This document shows positions 37,721-47,838 of a stretch of DNA of 64,000 bases, piece by piece (positions within the stretch are counted from its first letter, which is position 1; every line of letters starts with the position of its first letter). The stretch comes from a virus. The notes below the pieces were generated by a model. The model saw only the letters and a program-made list of their open reading frames with translations. It had not been told where the DNA came from and made no database searches. The stretch is from positions 21,431-85,430 of IMG/VR virus record IMGVR_UViG_3300043568_000598; one strand, 5' to 3'. Both the position numbers and the translations under genes were made by a program.

Positions 37721-38533
37721 ATGTACAAATTTCAAATAACACACCAAGACTTTGTTGAAAATCCATGGTTTCAAAATTGGCAAAACACAAAGGTTGTCGA
37801 TACCTGGGAACATGTGTCATCAGACATTCCGGTAATCACAGCGTCAAATTTATTACGATATGAGGTAAGACGCTGGCTTAAAAATTCTCAACCTGCAATC
37901 TATATAGGACGAGGGTATCTTGGTAACCATATAGGCAAAGGTCGATGGTGGTGGCGGTATAGTGTGAACGGATGGGCTAATACACAATTGATGCCAATAC
38001 CATATTCTAGATGGGGTTTAACCGAACTTCCCAGACATCCTTGGAAGGTTAAAACAATTAAAAATATTTTATTGGCTCCTAGTAAAATGACAGGTAAGGT
38101 GTGGGAGTCTAATCAAAACGGCAGCTGGACTGATCAACTGATGGATAAATTTCCAGGAGCAACAGTTAGGATTAGACCAAAAGCAAGAAAATCTGCATTA
38201 CGATGGGCAACGATCTGGGATGATCTAGATTGGGCAGATCTTGTAATTTCTCAATCATCTGCAATCACCTGCGAAGCATTTTGGTATGGAAAAAAAGTAA
38301 TAAGTCTAGAACCATGCCCGACATGGGCAGCTGGAAGAACTTTCTTAGATAATTGGCAAGATCCTACAGAACCAGCAGGGAGAGATCAATGGCATGAACA
38401 TCTAGCATGGAGTCAATTTTCTAGAACTGAATGGGAAACTGGAGAAGCCCTAAATCTTATAGAAAAATATCTAGGGCCTGTGGTAGATTACAAAAACTAC
38501 TACAATTACAACTTATTAGAAAATTTTAATTAA
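37721..38533 (+). CDS. KpsS-like glycosyltransferase, paralogue 4
   Basis: IGRGY, ILLAPS, VRIRPK, SQSSAI.CEA..YGK, LAWSQF; start at ATG 37721, 5 nt after TAAATA. Confidence 0.6.
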   Translation: MYKFQITHQDFVENPWFQNWQNTKVVDTWEHVSSDIPVITASNLLRYEVRRWLKNSQPAIYIGRGYLGNHIGKGRWWWRYSVNGWANTQLMPIPYSRWGLTELPRHPWKVKTIKNILLAPSKMTGKVWESNQNGSWTDQLMDKFPGATVRIRPKARKSALRWATIWDDLDWADLVISQSSAITCEAFWYGKKVISLEPCPTWAAGRTFLDNWQDPTEPAGRDQWHEHLAWSQFSRTEWETGEALNLIEKYLGPVVDYKNYYNYNLLENFN

Positions 38534-39344
38534 ATTTTTTCATTTCAGCAATCATTGTATCGTAGTCAACAATATCGAAATTAAATTCATTACGAGTATC
38601 TATTAAAATTTTATTAACTGGCTTAGGACCTTGTGTTCTAATTATTGTTTTGTTGAAAGCATACACTTCATTTATTTTGCACAGTAGATCATATTTGTTA
38701 ATTTTATTTTTATTACTAACAAGATGATAAATCCCAGATATCGTAGGATCATTTATATATTTGTCAATGCATTTAGCAAGTTCTAAAGTAGTAATACCAT
38801 TCCACCAGGCGTTGTCCCAACCTTGCAATTCTTGTTGAGGATTAGTCGAAATCCAATTAAACAACCCGGTGCCATTTGTTTTTATTTCCGAACCAATTAT
38901 ACTCATTCTAAATGTAATATCTTTAGAATTATTAACTTCACCGTTTGATTTCGAGCTGCCGTAGGCATTCATTTCGGTGTGAATATCATTTTCGACGTAC
39001 TCGCCTTTCTTTCCGTCAAACACACAATCCGTAGACAGATGTATTAGTCGAGTACTGGAATCTTTAAGATTGTATTCTAGATAATGCGGAAACCAAGAGT
39101 TAATAATTGCTGCTCTATCGGGTCTGTCAATGCTATCTTTAACCAATAACCCAATACAGTTAATAACAAAATCATAATCTGTTAACATTGTAAAAAATGA
39201 ATCGTTGTGGCTAATTTTTTCAATGTCTATATTGATATTAGAATTCGATCTAGCCGAAGTAGTGACTTTATGACCTTGCTGTTTAAGATATCGAGTGATA
39301 ACATGCCCGGCCATTCCATTGGCACCAATTACTAAAACTTTCAT
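38526..39344 (-). CDS. NDP-4-keto-6-deoxysugar reductase (RmlD/WbjC-like SDR)
   Basis: GANGMAG, INCIG, HLSTDCVFDG, YGSSK. Confidence 0.88.
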   Translation of the reverse strand: MKVLVIGANGMAGHVITRYLKQQGHKVTTSARSNSNINIDIEKISHNDSFFTMLTDYDFVINCIGLLVKDSIDRPDRAAIINSWFPHYLEYNLKDSSTRLIHLSTDCVFDGKKGEYVENDIHTEMNAYGSSKSNGEVNNSKDITFRMSIIGSEIKTNGTGLFNWISTNPQQELQGWDNAWWNGITTLELAKCIDKYINDPTISGIYHLVSNKNKINKYDLLCKINEVYAFNKTIIRTQGPKPVNKILIDTRNEFNFDIVDYDTMIAEMKKFN

Positions 39345-40321
39345 ATAAACTTACCTTTCTTAAGCATTTCTTTAATTTCTTGCTTATTCATAATCTTAGT
39401 TACAGACGAAAATTCGTTGTAAGGAAATGGAGTATGATCTTGATAACGAGTGGCCAATGCCTGATTATACCCAGCCGGTAACGTTAAGAAATAGTTGTTG
39501 TCGTAACAGAATGACAACTGCGATTCATGATGTGAAATTAACATCTCGTCTAACTTTTCACCTGGTCGCATACCTGTTTCTTTAACTTCAACTACTCCGT
39601 ATTCGTCCATTAATACTTCTGCAAGGTCTTTAATATAACATGCAGGCATGTTCATTACAAATGTTTCCCCGCCTATACTGTCAATGCTTGCTTTGAATAA
39701 CAACAGGATAGCTTCTTCTAATGTTAAAAAGAAGCGTGTCATTTTCACGTCCGTGATTGTGATAGGTCCGCCTGACTTGATCTGTTCAATAAAGAACGGA
39801 ATAACAGAACCGCTAGATCCCATTACGTTGCCGCCGCGAATACAAACAAACTTTGTGTAGTCGCTTAGATCATTGGCTTGAACAATAATCTTTTCGCCTA
39901 CTGCTTTGGTCATTCCGTACAGATTAATCGGTTCTACAGCTTTATCTGATGAAACATCAATGACTTTCTTTACACGATTTTCAATGGCGGCATTGACTAT
40001 GTTAGTAGTCCCGTTGACATTTGTTTTAATTGTTTCTTGAACATTCTCTTCACACACCGGAACATGTTTTAATGCGGCAAGGTGAAAAATATAATCAACA
40101 TTCTTTGTGGCGATTCTAACAGCTTCATAATCTCGAATGTCACCGATGATGAATTTAAGTTTAGAATTATTAAACTTTCGTTTCATTAACACCTGCTGTA
40201 ACTCGCCTCTAGAAAAACATATAATTTCTTTTACATTATATTTTTCTAATAGCATTGCAATTAATGTCTGCCCCCATGAGCCAGTAGCACCACTAACAAA
40301 GATTCTAGTACCGTTAAACAT
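39341..40321 (-). CDS. UDP-GlcNAc 4,6-dehydratase (PseB/FnlA/CapD family)
   Basis: GATGSWG, HLAALKHVP, SSDKAV, YGMTK, GNVMGSSGSVIP, MTRF, GMRPGEKL. Confidence 0.92.
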   Translation of the reverse strand: MFNGTRIFVSGATGSWGQTLIAMLLEKYNVKEIICFSRGELQQVLMKRKFNNSKLKFIIGDIRDYEAVRIATKNVDYIFHLAALKHVPVCEENVQETIKTNVNGTTNIVNAAIENRVKKVIDVSSDKAVEPINLYGMTKAVGEKIIVQANDLSDYTKFVCIRGGNVMGSSGSVIPFFIEQIKSGGPITITDVKMTRFFLTLEEAILLLFKASIDSIGGETFVMNMPACYIKDLAEVLMDEYGVVEVKETGMRPGEKLDEMLISHHESQLSFCYDNNYFLTLPAGYNQALATRYQDHTPFPYNEFSSVTKIMNKQEIKEMLKKGKFI

Positions 40322-40874
40322 CTTGACTCCTTAACATGTTGATTATTTCATCATCTGAATATAATTTTTTGGTTTTTATAAATTCCATAAATTCAGCATA
40401 TGATACAGATTTATATGATTCTGCTGGATTAATTTTAGTGGCCGGAAGTTTGATCAATGTAAATCCAAAATTAGTGTCCATTGGATATATTTCAAATGAT
40501 GTTTCCTGTAGCATGTAATACAAGACCTTAAAAGAGTCTGAACATCGACTAGACTGGACATATTTTCTAGAAGGTGGAATCATATCATGCAGTAGAATCC
40601 ATTTGGTAGCATGGTCTATTGAATTGTTAAAATCTCGTACTACATAGTCGTAATCATGATTCGCATCAATGAAGATGATATCAAATTTTTCTTCAGCTGG
40701 CAAAGAATTAAAATATTCATCAGTTGTTCCGGTATACATCGCCTTGCCATTCATATCCACTGAGAATTTATTTTTAGCCTTGATCGAATTAAAATTAACA
40801 TTGTCATTAACTCCTAATTCTAAGTAAGAATATTCTTCAATCTTGTGTAGATGGTTGATAATAATACTACTCAT
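40314..40874 (-). CDS. SAM-dependent methyltransferase (Methyltransf_24-like)
   Basis: YLELGV, FDIIFIDANH.Y, LLHD..P. Confidence 0.8.
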   Translation of the reverse strand: MSSIIINHLHKIEEYSYLELGVNDNVNFNSIKAKNKFSVDMNGKAMYTGTTDEYFNSLPAEEKFDIIFIDANHDYDYVVRDFNNSIDHATKWILLHDMIPPSRKYVQSSRCSDSFKVLYYMLQETSFEIYPMDTNFGFTLIKLPATKINPAESYKSVSYAEFMEFIKTKKLYSDDEIINMLRSQDV

Positions 40875-40883
40875 ATGTGTTCC

Positions 40884-41525
40884 TTATATATATTTTCTTG
40901 ACTTTCGAGGAGTCGCTACTGTGCTATCAGCTGCTAAAAATGTAGTATCGATTGCTGGGCCTAGATCATAGTCATAGTGTTCTTCGGTCAATTTTCTTTT
41001 TACAAAATCTTTAGAAGCCTTTGCTTCTGGATTATATTGCGGATTATCTGTGTCAATCCATTTCTGCAAAAAATGTATTCTTGATTGATTGTAATTCCAT
41101 GACGATCTACTTTTAGAATATGCAACTTCTTCAGTTATATACATGGCAATGTTAGCTTCCTGCAAGCGAATATAAAAATCATCATCTTCGTACCCGCCAC
41201 CAACGAATCGCTCATCCATCATTCCGATTTGCCTCATCAATTGTTTTTTAAAACCAAAAAATCCAAATCTATACAGTCCAACTAATCCGTACCCTTGGTT
41301 GATGAGAGACACTGTTTTCTGCACATCAGCGGCGGTTGGCAAAACCTTATCAGACATTATGATTACAATTTCAGTGTCTGCTTTTGCTGTACACTCATTT
41401 ACTAATTTTGAAAAAGAAGGATATCCGGTGCCGTCGAAATAATTAATTTTTTCAGGAGTTATGTTCTGTTTAATGGGATCAAACAGATGAGGTTTATTTG
41501 AAATCACATAACAACTATATGACAT
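40884..41525 (-). CDS. Glycosyltransferase (GT2/GT7C-like)
   Basis: IGMMDERF.GGGYEDDD; start MSYSC. Confidence 0.75.
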   Translation of the reverse strand: MSYSCYVISNKPHLFDPIKQNITPEKINYFDGTGYPSFSKLVNECTAKADTEIVIIMSDKVLPTAADVQKTVSLINQGYGLVGLYRFGFFGFKKQLMRQIGMMDERFVGGGYEDDDFYIRLQEANIAMYITEEVAYSKSRSSWNYNQSRIHFLQKWIDTDNPQYNPEAKASKDFVKRKLTEEHYDYDLGPAIDTTFLAADSTVATPRKSRKYI

Positions 41526-42207
41526 TAAAATTCCCCCAATAACTTGTCTTTGCATTTGTTAAACTTTTTTTGCCATCCTTTTTAGTCAACGCCATACCCA
41601 TTACGTAGTTATGTACTTGAATTATGACATGATGTTGATTGATAGCATTGTCGGCAGGGAGATATGTTTTAGCATATGTGTTTAATAATTTTTCAGCGGC
41701 TGCTGGCTTGATTGCGTATCCACAACAACCTGGCATCGAGCTCTGATAGTAATCAGCTGCCGACGCCTCACCTTCGGGATTATCGTAGTAATGACGATAC
41801 CTGTCAGTTTTTTTAGGGTGACCTAACGCCAACACCAGCACATCCTTCCATTCAACCGGTACATAAGGTCTCACCAGAACAATGTCGTCTTCCCAAATAA
41901 CAATAGGTTCGTTGAGCTCCACACACTTTTGCCAAAGACGATAATGACTATAAAAGCATCCTTGGACACCCGGACTCCAATGTGAATCTGGATCCATAGT
42001 CTTAATGACACCATCGGCAGGAGGACCTTTAATGCCCCAAGGATGAATAGTTCTTCCCTCGTCCTTCATCATTTTTGTGGCATCATTCCCATAGGTGCCT
42101 TCAAATAATTCTACTTCCTCGCCGAACTCAACTAATTGATTTTTTAACTTAGTAGCGGTATCAAGTGATGCTTGAATCTTCGATAAACAAATAATAAAAT
42201 TTTTCAT
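41515..42207 (-). CDS. Glycosyltransferase family 25
   Basis: GCFYSHY.LW, IWEDD, GYAIKP.AA.KL, PAD. Confidence 0.85.
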   Translation of the reverse strand: MKNFIICLSKIQASLDTATKLKNQLVEFGEEVELFEGTYGNDATKMMKDEGRTIHPWGIKGPPADGVIKTMDPDSHWSPGVQGCFYSHYRLWQKCVELNEPIVIWEDDIVLVRPYVPVEWKDVLVLALGHPKKTDRYRHYYDNPEGEASAADYYQSSMPGCCGYAIKPAAAEKLLNTYAKTYLPADNAINQHHVIIQVHNYVMGMALTKKDGKKSLTNAKTSYWGNFNVI

Positions 42208-43037
42208 TGCCAATACGCTTCTGTTCTTTGAACTTTTAGATCTTCAGGTTTACTACGACCTAATTTCTTTCTACCACCTTTGAGATGATCTAACCATGCG
42301 CCCCATTGACTATTAATTAATGGGTGTCCTTCGCCTGACGTCATTCCCGGTGCTGGGCGTAGATCATGCAAGTGTGCTGCCCAATCTAGTTGTCGCATCT
42401 GCGGAAATTTTACTCGTACCGCATCGAACACAAAACTGTCATGCCACTCAGCTAACTGAAAAATTCCTTGCTCTGCTTGATCATAGAATCTTTGGAATTC
42501 TTTGAGAAAAAGTTGAATGTTAGGTGATCGCAGATTCATAGCATACAGGCCGCATTCCGAATATTTGCCTTTTCTGCCAAGATAGCATAGTTCAGAATCT
42601 GCAGGAATCATTCTATAAAGATCTTTCATAGTGATAGGACTGTGACAAATAGTATCTGCATCCATCCACACTAAAATATCTGCATCTGTTTCTTTAGCGC
42701 AGTCAAAGATTGCATAAACTTTGTGAGCAAATCTCACAGCATGCCATTTAAATCCCTTACCTGAATCTTTTCTTAGAGATCTCACCGGATCGGCTGAAAC
42801 ATCGCCGTTGGCCTTAGGCACATCTTTCCATTGATTTTTAAAAGTCATCAATTCCGGAATCTCTTCTAGTCGTTTTAGAGTAACATGGCTGTGGTCACGA
42901 ATGGCAGGATTACATTGTTCTGGATAGATGTGTAAAATTACTTCATGAGGCCAGTTTGCACAGAATGTATCAATCATACGTTGTGCATATTTTTGTAAAC
43001 CTTCTTCGTGGAAGGTGGTAACAACTGCTATTTTCAT
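42204..43037 (-). CDS. Glycosyltransferase, GT-A fold
   Basis: RFAHKV, WMDADT, SECG, WHDS.VF, HLKG. Confidence 0.78.
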   Translation of the reverse strand: MKIAVVTTFHEEGLQKYAQRMIDTFCANWPHEVILHIYPEQCNPAIRDHSHVTLKRLEEIPELMTFKNQWKDVPKANGDVSADPVRSLRKDSGKGFKWHAVRFAHKVYAIFDCAKETDADILVWMDADTICHSPITMKDLYRMIPADSELCYLGRKGKYSECGLYAMNLRSPNIQLFLKEFQRFYDQAEQGIFQLAEWHDSFVFDAVRVKFPQMRQLDWAAHLHDLRPAPGMTSGEGHPLINSQWGAWLDHLKGGRKKLGRSKPEDLKVQRTEAYWQ

Positions 43038-43432
43038 CTATAATGTTCCCATACGTGAAATATTCCCTGAAGACTGGTACAGGCCCATCCAGAGTCGTAT
43101 AAAATTTTTACTTTTTCATTTTCTACACGATCGCCGCCTTCGACAAACAGTTTTGCATTGTGTTTACGCCATATAACTTCTACTTTATCAAGATGATCCA
43201 ACTGGTCAATGTCAACAAAGATTGATGACATATCCTGCAAGTGATCTAATTTAACAAAGTTTTCTTTATACACGAGATTTTTTGCCTTAATATCCGGCGG
43301 CACTTCGCTGACCACAAATACTGTGTCATAAATTGCCAAGACTTGGTCTAAAATACCAAAAGCCGAACCTAACACCAGAGCATGCGTGTTGTTACGTGAC
43401 AGTTTCATCAGTCTTTTTTGAAATTTATTCAT
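43034..43432 (-). CDS. Hypothetical, degenerate Rossmann/methyltransferase-like
   Basis: ALVLGSAFG, IFVD; coupled to the GT gene. Confidence 0.55.
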   Translation of the reverse strand: MNKFQKRLMKLSRNNTHALVLGSAFGILDQVLAIYDTVFVVSEVPPDIKAKNLVYKENFVKLDHLQDMSSIFVDIDQLDHLDKVEVIWRKHNAKLFVEGGDRVENEKVKILYDSGWACTSLQGIFHVWEHYR

Positions 43433-43482
43433 AATCCATAAATACACAACAGTATTAACTACGTAGATTATTTATTAAAATT

Positions 43483-44307
43483 ATGCGCTTCAGATTATAT
43501 CGCGAATATGGTGCTTTGAACAGTCCGCCGGTGTTTGACGCCCTAGAACACGGCCTAAAACAAATGGGTCATGAGATTGTCAATGACCAAGAAGATGTGG
43601 CTGTGATTTGGTCTGTGCTTTGGGCTGGCCGAATGAGATCAAATAAAATGATCTATGACCGATGCCAACAGCAAGGCAAACCTGTAATGATTATAGAAGT
43701 CGGAAATCTCAAACGTGGGGAGACTTGGAGATTAAGTCTCAATCATATCAATAATCTTGGTAGTTTCGGTAATGAAAAAAATCTAGATCATTCACGTCCC
43801 CAACAGTTAGGCATGAAATTACAGCCAGTTTCGGAAAAACGTCGTGGCGAAATATTAATTGCCTGCCAGCATCAAGAAAGTCTGCAGTGGCAGGGGATGC
43901 CTGAGATGAAAAACTGGGTAGCAGACACTATTGAAAAAATAAAACAGAATACTCATAGACGAATACGTGTGAGATATCACCCTCGTTCGGCATTTCCGTT
44001 CAAGCAGTCTGGTGTAGTAGTAGAACGGCCCGTGCTGGTTCCGGGCAGTTATGACGATTTTGATATTTTTTACAATTATCATTGTGTAATCAATCACAAC
44101 AGTGGCCCAGCTGTTCAAGCAGCTATCAGCGGTGTGCCTGTACTCTGTGATCAATCCAGCCTTGCAGCTGACCTTAGTGTTAAATGGTCAGAATTAGACA
44201 GTCCGAGTCTGCCTGACAGAACTGAGTGGTTCGTGAAACTTTGCCATACTGAGTGGACTGTGGAAGAAATACGCCAAGGCATACCAATCACAAGATTATT
44301 CGGTTGA
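43483..44307 (+). CDS. KpsS-like glycosyltransferase, paralogue 5
   Basis: IEVG, ILIACQ, IRVRYHPR, INHNSGP.V.A.ISGVPV. Confidence 0.62.
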   Translation: MRFRLYREYGALNSPPVFDALEHGLKQMGHEIVNDQEDVAVIWSVLWAGRMRSNKMIYDRCQQQGKPVMIIEVGNLKRGETWRLSLNHINNLGSFGNEKNLDHSRPQQLGMKLQPVSEKRRGEILIACQHQESLQWQGMPEMKNWVADTIEKIKQNTHRRIRVRYHPRSAFPFKQSGVVVERPVLVPGSYDDFDIFYNYHCVINHNSGPAVQAAISGVPVLCDQSSLAADLSVKWSELDSPSLPDRTEWFVKLCHTEWTVEEIRQGIPITRLFG

Positions 44308-44332
44308 CATCCTGAATTCAAGGCTGTATACT
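44304..44332 (+). promoter_or_regulatory. Sigma70-type promoter; ATG 6 nt after the -10 box (leaderless)
   Basis: TTGACA-N17-TATACT-tgaata-ATG. Confidence 0.75.
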
Positions 44333-44338
44333 TGAATA

Positions 44339-45523
44339 ATGCTATCATCAGAATTTGCCGAAGACATATTTGTTGAGTTTTACAAACTGGTTGTCCAACA
44401 GACGATCTCTATTCAAGGTCAAGATTTCTCGCCCATCTCAAGTTTTCATGAAAAAATCATCAATGGTAGCGAGCTTACTAAAAATCAGGCAAATTTTCTC
44501 ATAAAATTATTGGAAAAATACAAGATCGTATCTGCTCAGGCAGGAATTGATTATAGACCTCAACTACAAGATCTTAAATGGCGCACTGGATTTCGTGTAC
44601 TTGATCTCAGCAAAAAAATCTACGTAGAACTGCGCGAAAAGAAACTGGAAATCTGTCTAAAATTTCCTTATCAGCTGAAAAAAGAATTCGAAGACGAGAT
44701 CGACAACGGAAAAAATATTCAAGCACACAGTTTTTGGGATCACGAACAAAAGGTCAGACGCTTGGATTTCTATCAGTATAATCTAATTGCATTATATGAA
44801 TTTGCTCTAAAACATAATTTTGAAATCGATGACACATTTATGAATGTGCTGGCCGATGTTGAGGAAATTTGGCAAAATTCTGAACATGCAGTGCCGAGAA
44901 GTGAAATCACTATCTACGGAGTATCATTAAAAAACGCCTCTGAAGAAACTCAAACATGGTGGGCAGATAATAGGACCAATGACCCTTACAAAGATCTACT
45001 GTTGGCCAAAAGCATGGGGTTTTTATACCACGAAAAACCACTGAATTTAGCAGAAAAAATCGCCAGCAGATCTGAAAACACTTTCTGGATCAAAGATAAT
45101 AAAGATTTTTTTGCGTTGACAAAACTGTTTTCTGGAAGGATCTGTGTGCTGTTGGATAGGAGTAGTGCTACTCTGCCGTGGTTACAGAATTTTGTGGCAG
45201 ATGCTGATAAAAATGGTGTTTCACGTGAAGAAATTAAAGTGTGTTTTCGAGATAGCAAAGATGCTAACAGCGGCCTTAATGAGTGGATCAGAATTGCAGA
45301 AGTCGGTGGTCGAGTTGAAACCGGAAAGATTTTAATCTTCGAATCTAAACCTGCCAAGTGGTTGTTTAAGTTCAGCAATGATGTTACACTGTTAGTAACA
45401 AATAACATTTTTCCGCCAACAAACATCATGGCGAGAGATTGGTTCAGCTGTCATCCTTGTGTAATATATCTCGGTGACACTAAACCAACAGAAACCAAAG
45501 GACAAAAAATTGTCGAATTGTAA
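44339..45523 (+). CDS. Hypothetical protein upstream of UvsW
   Basis: 394-aa ORF with its own promoter, overlapping the next gene. Confidence 0.75.
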   Translation: MLSSEFAEDIFVEFYKLVVQQTISIQGQDFSPISSFHEKIINGSELTKNQANFLIKLLEKYKIVSAQAGIDYRPQLQDLKWRTGFRVLDLSKKIYVELREKKLEICLKFPYQLKKEFEDEIDNGKNIQAHSFWDHEQKVRRLDFYQYNLIALYEFALKHNFEIDDTFMNVLADVEEIWQNSEHAVPRSEITIYGVSLKNASEETQTWWADNRTNDPYKDLLLAKSMGFLYHEKPLNLAEKIASRSENTFWIKDNKDFFALTKLFSGRICVLLDRSSATLPWLQNFVADADKNGVSREEIKVCFRDSKDANSGLNEWIRIAEVGGRVETGKILIFESKPAKWLFKFSNDVTLLVTNNIFPPTNIMARDWFSCHPCVIYLGDTKPTETKGQKIVEL

Positions 45524-46964
45524 GTTAACAATTAAAGATGAAGTAAACATCAAGGTAGACGGACTGCGAGTTGAAACACGACGAAAAATTGTCAATAAAT
45601 TAAAGTTCGATTTGCCTTATGCCCGGCATATGCCTGCATATAAATTAGGTCGCTGGGATGGAACTAAAACCTATTTTAATATCGGCGGCAGTGGATATCT
45701 TGCACACCTTGATGTGATTCTAGCAGTGATCGATGACGAAGGATATGACATCGAGGTTGAAGATTTAAGGACACATCAGGAATTAAAATTCGCCGCCATC
45801 GATGAAAATTATTGGGCCAACTTAGGTAAGACGTGGCCTAAAGGACATCAACAAGCCGGAGAACCTATTGTGCTGAGAGACTATCAGTACGAGGTAATCA
45901 ACAAGTTCTTGGAGAATCCACAGGCCTTGCAAGAAGTTGCTACCGGTGCTGGTAAAACGATTACCACTGCGACACTGAGTCATTTATGTGAACCATATGG
46001 ACGCACAATGGTAATCGTGCCTAACAAGAGTCTTGTGGTGCAGACAGAAGAAGACTATCGAAATTTAGGGCTGGACGTTGGTGTATACTTTGGCGATAGA
46101 AAAGAATTAAACAAGACACATACTATATGTACTTGGCAGAGTTTGAATGTGTTAGACAAGAAAAGTTATGACAATGACACTATGACATTGGCAGAATTCT
46201 GTGAAGGTGTCTGTGCAATCATTGTTGACGAAGTTCATCAAGCCAAGGCCGAAGTATTAACTAAACTACTAACACAGAACTTTCGCAACTGTCCTATTCG
46301 CTGGGGGTTGACAGGAACTGTACCTAAAGACGCATGGGAATTTCAAGGCATATTAGCCAGTATAGGTCCTGTGATAAATCAAGTGTCTGCACATGATTTG
46401 CAAGAAAAAGGTGTACTGGCACAATTGAATATCAATGTGTTGCAGACCAATGATGTGCAGGTGTTTACGTCATTCCAGGACGAATACGCATTTCTTGTCA
46501 CGGACGACACTCGATTGCAATGGATTGCTAATAAGATTGCTGCGTTATCCGCCACCGGCAACACTCTGGTATTGATCAATAGGATCGACACCGGCAATAA
46601 ATTAATCGCACTACTACCTCAAGCAGTGTTTGTCAGTGGCGGCATGAAGTTAGACGACCGCAAGGAAGAATACGATGAAATTAAAACAAGTGATGACAAG
46701 ATTATTTTGGCGACTTATGGTGTGGCCGCTGTGGGTATTAATATTCCAAGGATTTTTAATCTGGTTCTTCTTGAACCCGGAAAGAGCTTTGTCCGCGTTA
46801 TACAAAGCATTGGGCGAGGCATTAGAAAAGCAGAAGACAAAGATCACGTAGAAATCTGGGACATAACCAGCGCCTGCAAATATAGCAAGAGACATCTTAC
46901 AGAAAGAAAAAAGTTTTATAAAGAGGCCAAGTACCCCTTTACCATTACCAAGGTTAACATATGA
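45510..46964 (+). CDS. uvsW: SF2 DNA helicase UvsW
   Basis: LRDYQ, ATGAGKT, VDEVH, GLTGT, GINIP, QSIGRG.R; TTG start with AAAGGA Shine-Dalgarno. Confidence 0.92.
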   Translation: MSNCKLTIKDEVNIKVDGLRVETRRKIVNKLKFDLPYARHMPAYKLGRWDGTKTYFNIGGSGYLAHLDVILAVIDDEGYDIEVEDLRTHQELKFAAIDENYWANLGKTWPKGHQQAGEPIVLRDYQYEVINKFLENPQALQEVATGAGKTITTATLSHLCEPYGRTMVIVPNKSLVVQTEEDYRNLGLDVGVYFGDRKELNKTHTICTWQSLNVLDKKSYDNDTMTLAEFCEGVCAIIVDEVHQAKAEVLTKLLTQNFRNCPIRWGLTGTVPKDAWEFQGILASIGPVINQVSAHDLQEKGVLAQLNINVLQTNDVQVFTSFQDEYAFLVTDDTRLQWIANKIAALSATGNTLVLINRIDTGNKLIALLPQAVFVSGGMKLDDRKEEYDEIKTSDDKIILATYGVAAVGINIPRIFNLVLLEPGKSFVRVIQSIGRGIRKAEDKDHVEIWDITSACKYSKRHLTERKKFYKEAKYPFTITKVNI

Positions 46965-47467
46965 GAATACTTACACTAAACAATCAAGCATTTGATCTAA
47001 ATGAATTACCAGACGAGGTAGACGAAGATACTAGATTTTCTGTGTTGGACAACTCGAATCCACAGGAACCTGATTTCTTTTTCATGCCTTTGATATTCCT
47101 AGAATCATTTAACTCGCCTGCTATAGTTTTAAATATAGGCGGGTATCAAGTACAAATGCCATTAGACTGGTGCATGGTAGTAGGCGACAAAGACTGTGGT
47201 CTTGATCCAGAAGTACTTCCACTAACATCGATCAATGAGCGAGGGTTTGATGCATTAGTATTCAATCCAATTAAAGGATTTAGAGCAGAGTTTATGCCCG
47301 TAGAAATCGTTAACATATATCAAGACGTGCGATGGTATTTTCCTAAAATGAAAAACGGACAGCTGTTAACTGTGCCGCTCAGCGAAGAGACAAACCCACC
47401 TTGTGTGTTTTTTGTCAAAGAAATTTCAAGACAAAGTGAAGTACTACAACTTCACAAATTGATCTAA
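46961..47467 (+). CDS. Hypothetical beta-rich protein
   Basis: 168 aa, ATGA-coupled to uvsW. Confidence 0.75.
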   Translation: MRILTLNNQAFDLNELPDEVDEDTRFSVLDNSNPQEPDFFFMPLIFLESFNSPAIVLNIGGYQVQMPLDWCMVVGDKDCGLDPEVLPLTSINERGFDALVFNPIKGFRAEFMPVEIVNIYQDVRWYFPKMKNGQLLTVPLSEETNPPCVFFVKEISRQSEVLQLHKLI

Positions 47468-47493
47468 TTAAATATACACATTAAGGAGTTGTT

Positions 47494-47838
47494 ATGAAAG
47501 CTGGTAAAGTATGGGGTCAAACAGAATTGTTAGAAGCCAACGGTGTTTTAGAGTTTCATCGAATTGAAGCCAATGCCGGTGGCGTATGTTCAAAGCACAA
47601 ACACAAGTATAAGTGGAATGGCTTTTTTGTTGAATCGGGTGAAATGATTATTCGAGTGTGGAAAAATAATTACGACCTAGTAGACGAAACACTACTCAAG
47701 CCCGGGCAATATACTAAAGTAGCTCCGGGTGAATATCACCAGTTTGAAGCAGTCACTGATTGTGTGGCCTTTGAATTATATTGGGCTGAATTCGATCACG
47801 ACGATATCGAAAGAGATACTGTAGGATATACCAAGTGA
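47494..47838 (+). CDS. Cupin (sugar isomerase/epimerase-like)
   Basis: KVWG, CSKHKH..K, PGEYHQF, FELY; AAGGAG Shine-Dalgarno. Confidence 0.8.
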   Translation: MKAGKVWGQTELLEANGVLEFHRIEANAGGVCSKHKHKYKWNGFFVESGEMIIRVWKNNYDLVDETLLKPGQYTKVAPGEYHQFEAVTDCVAFELYWAEFDHDDIERDTVGYTK

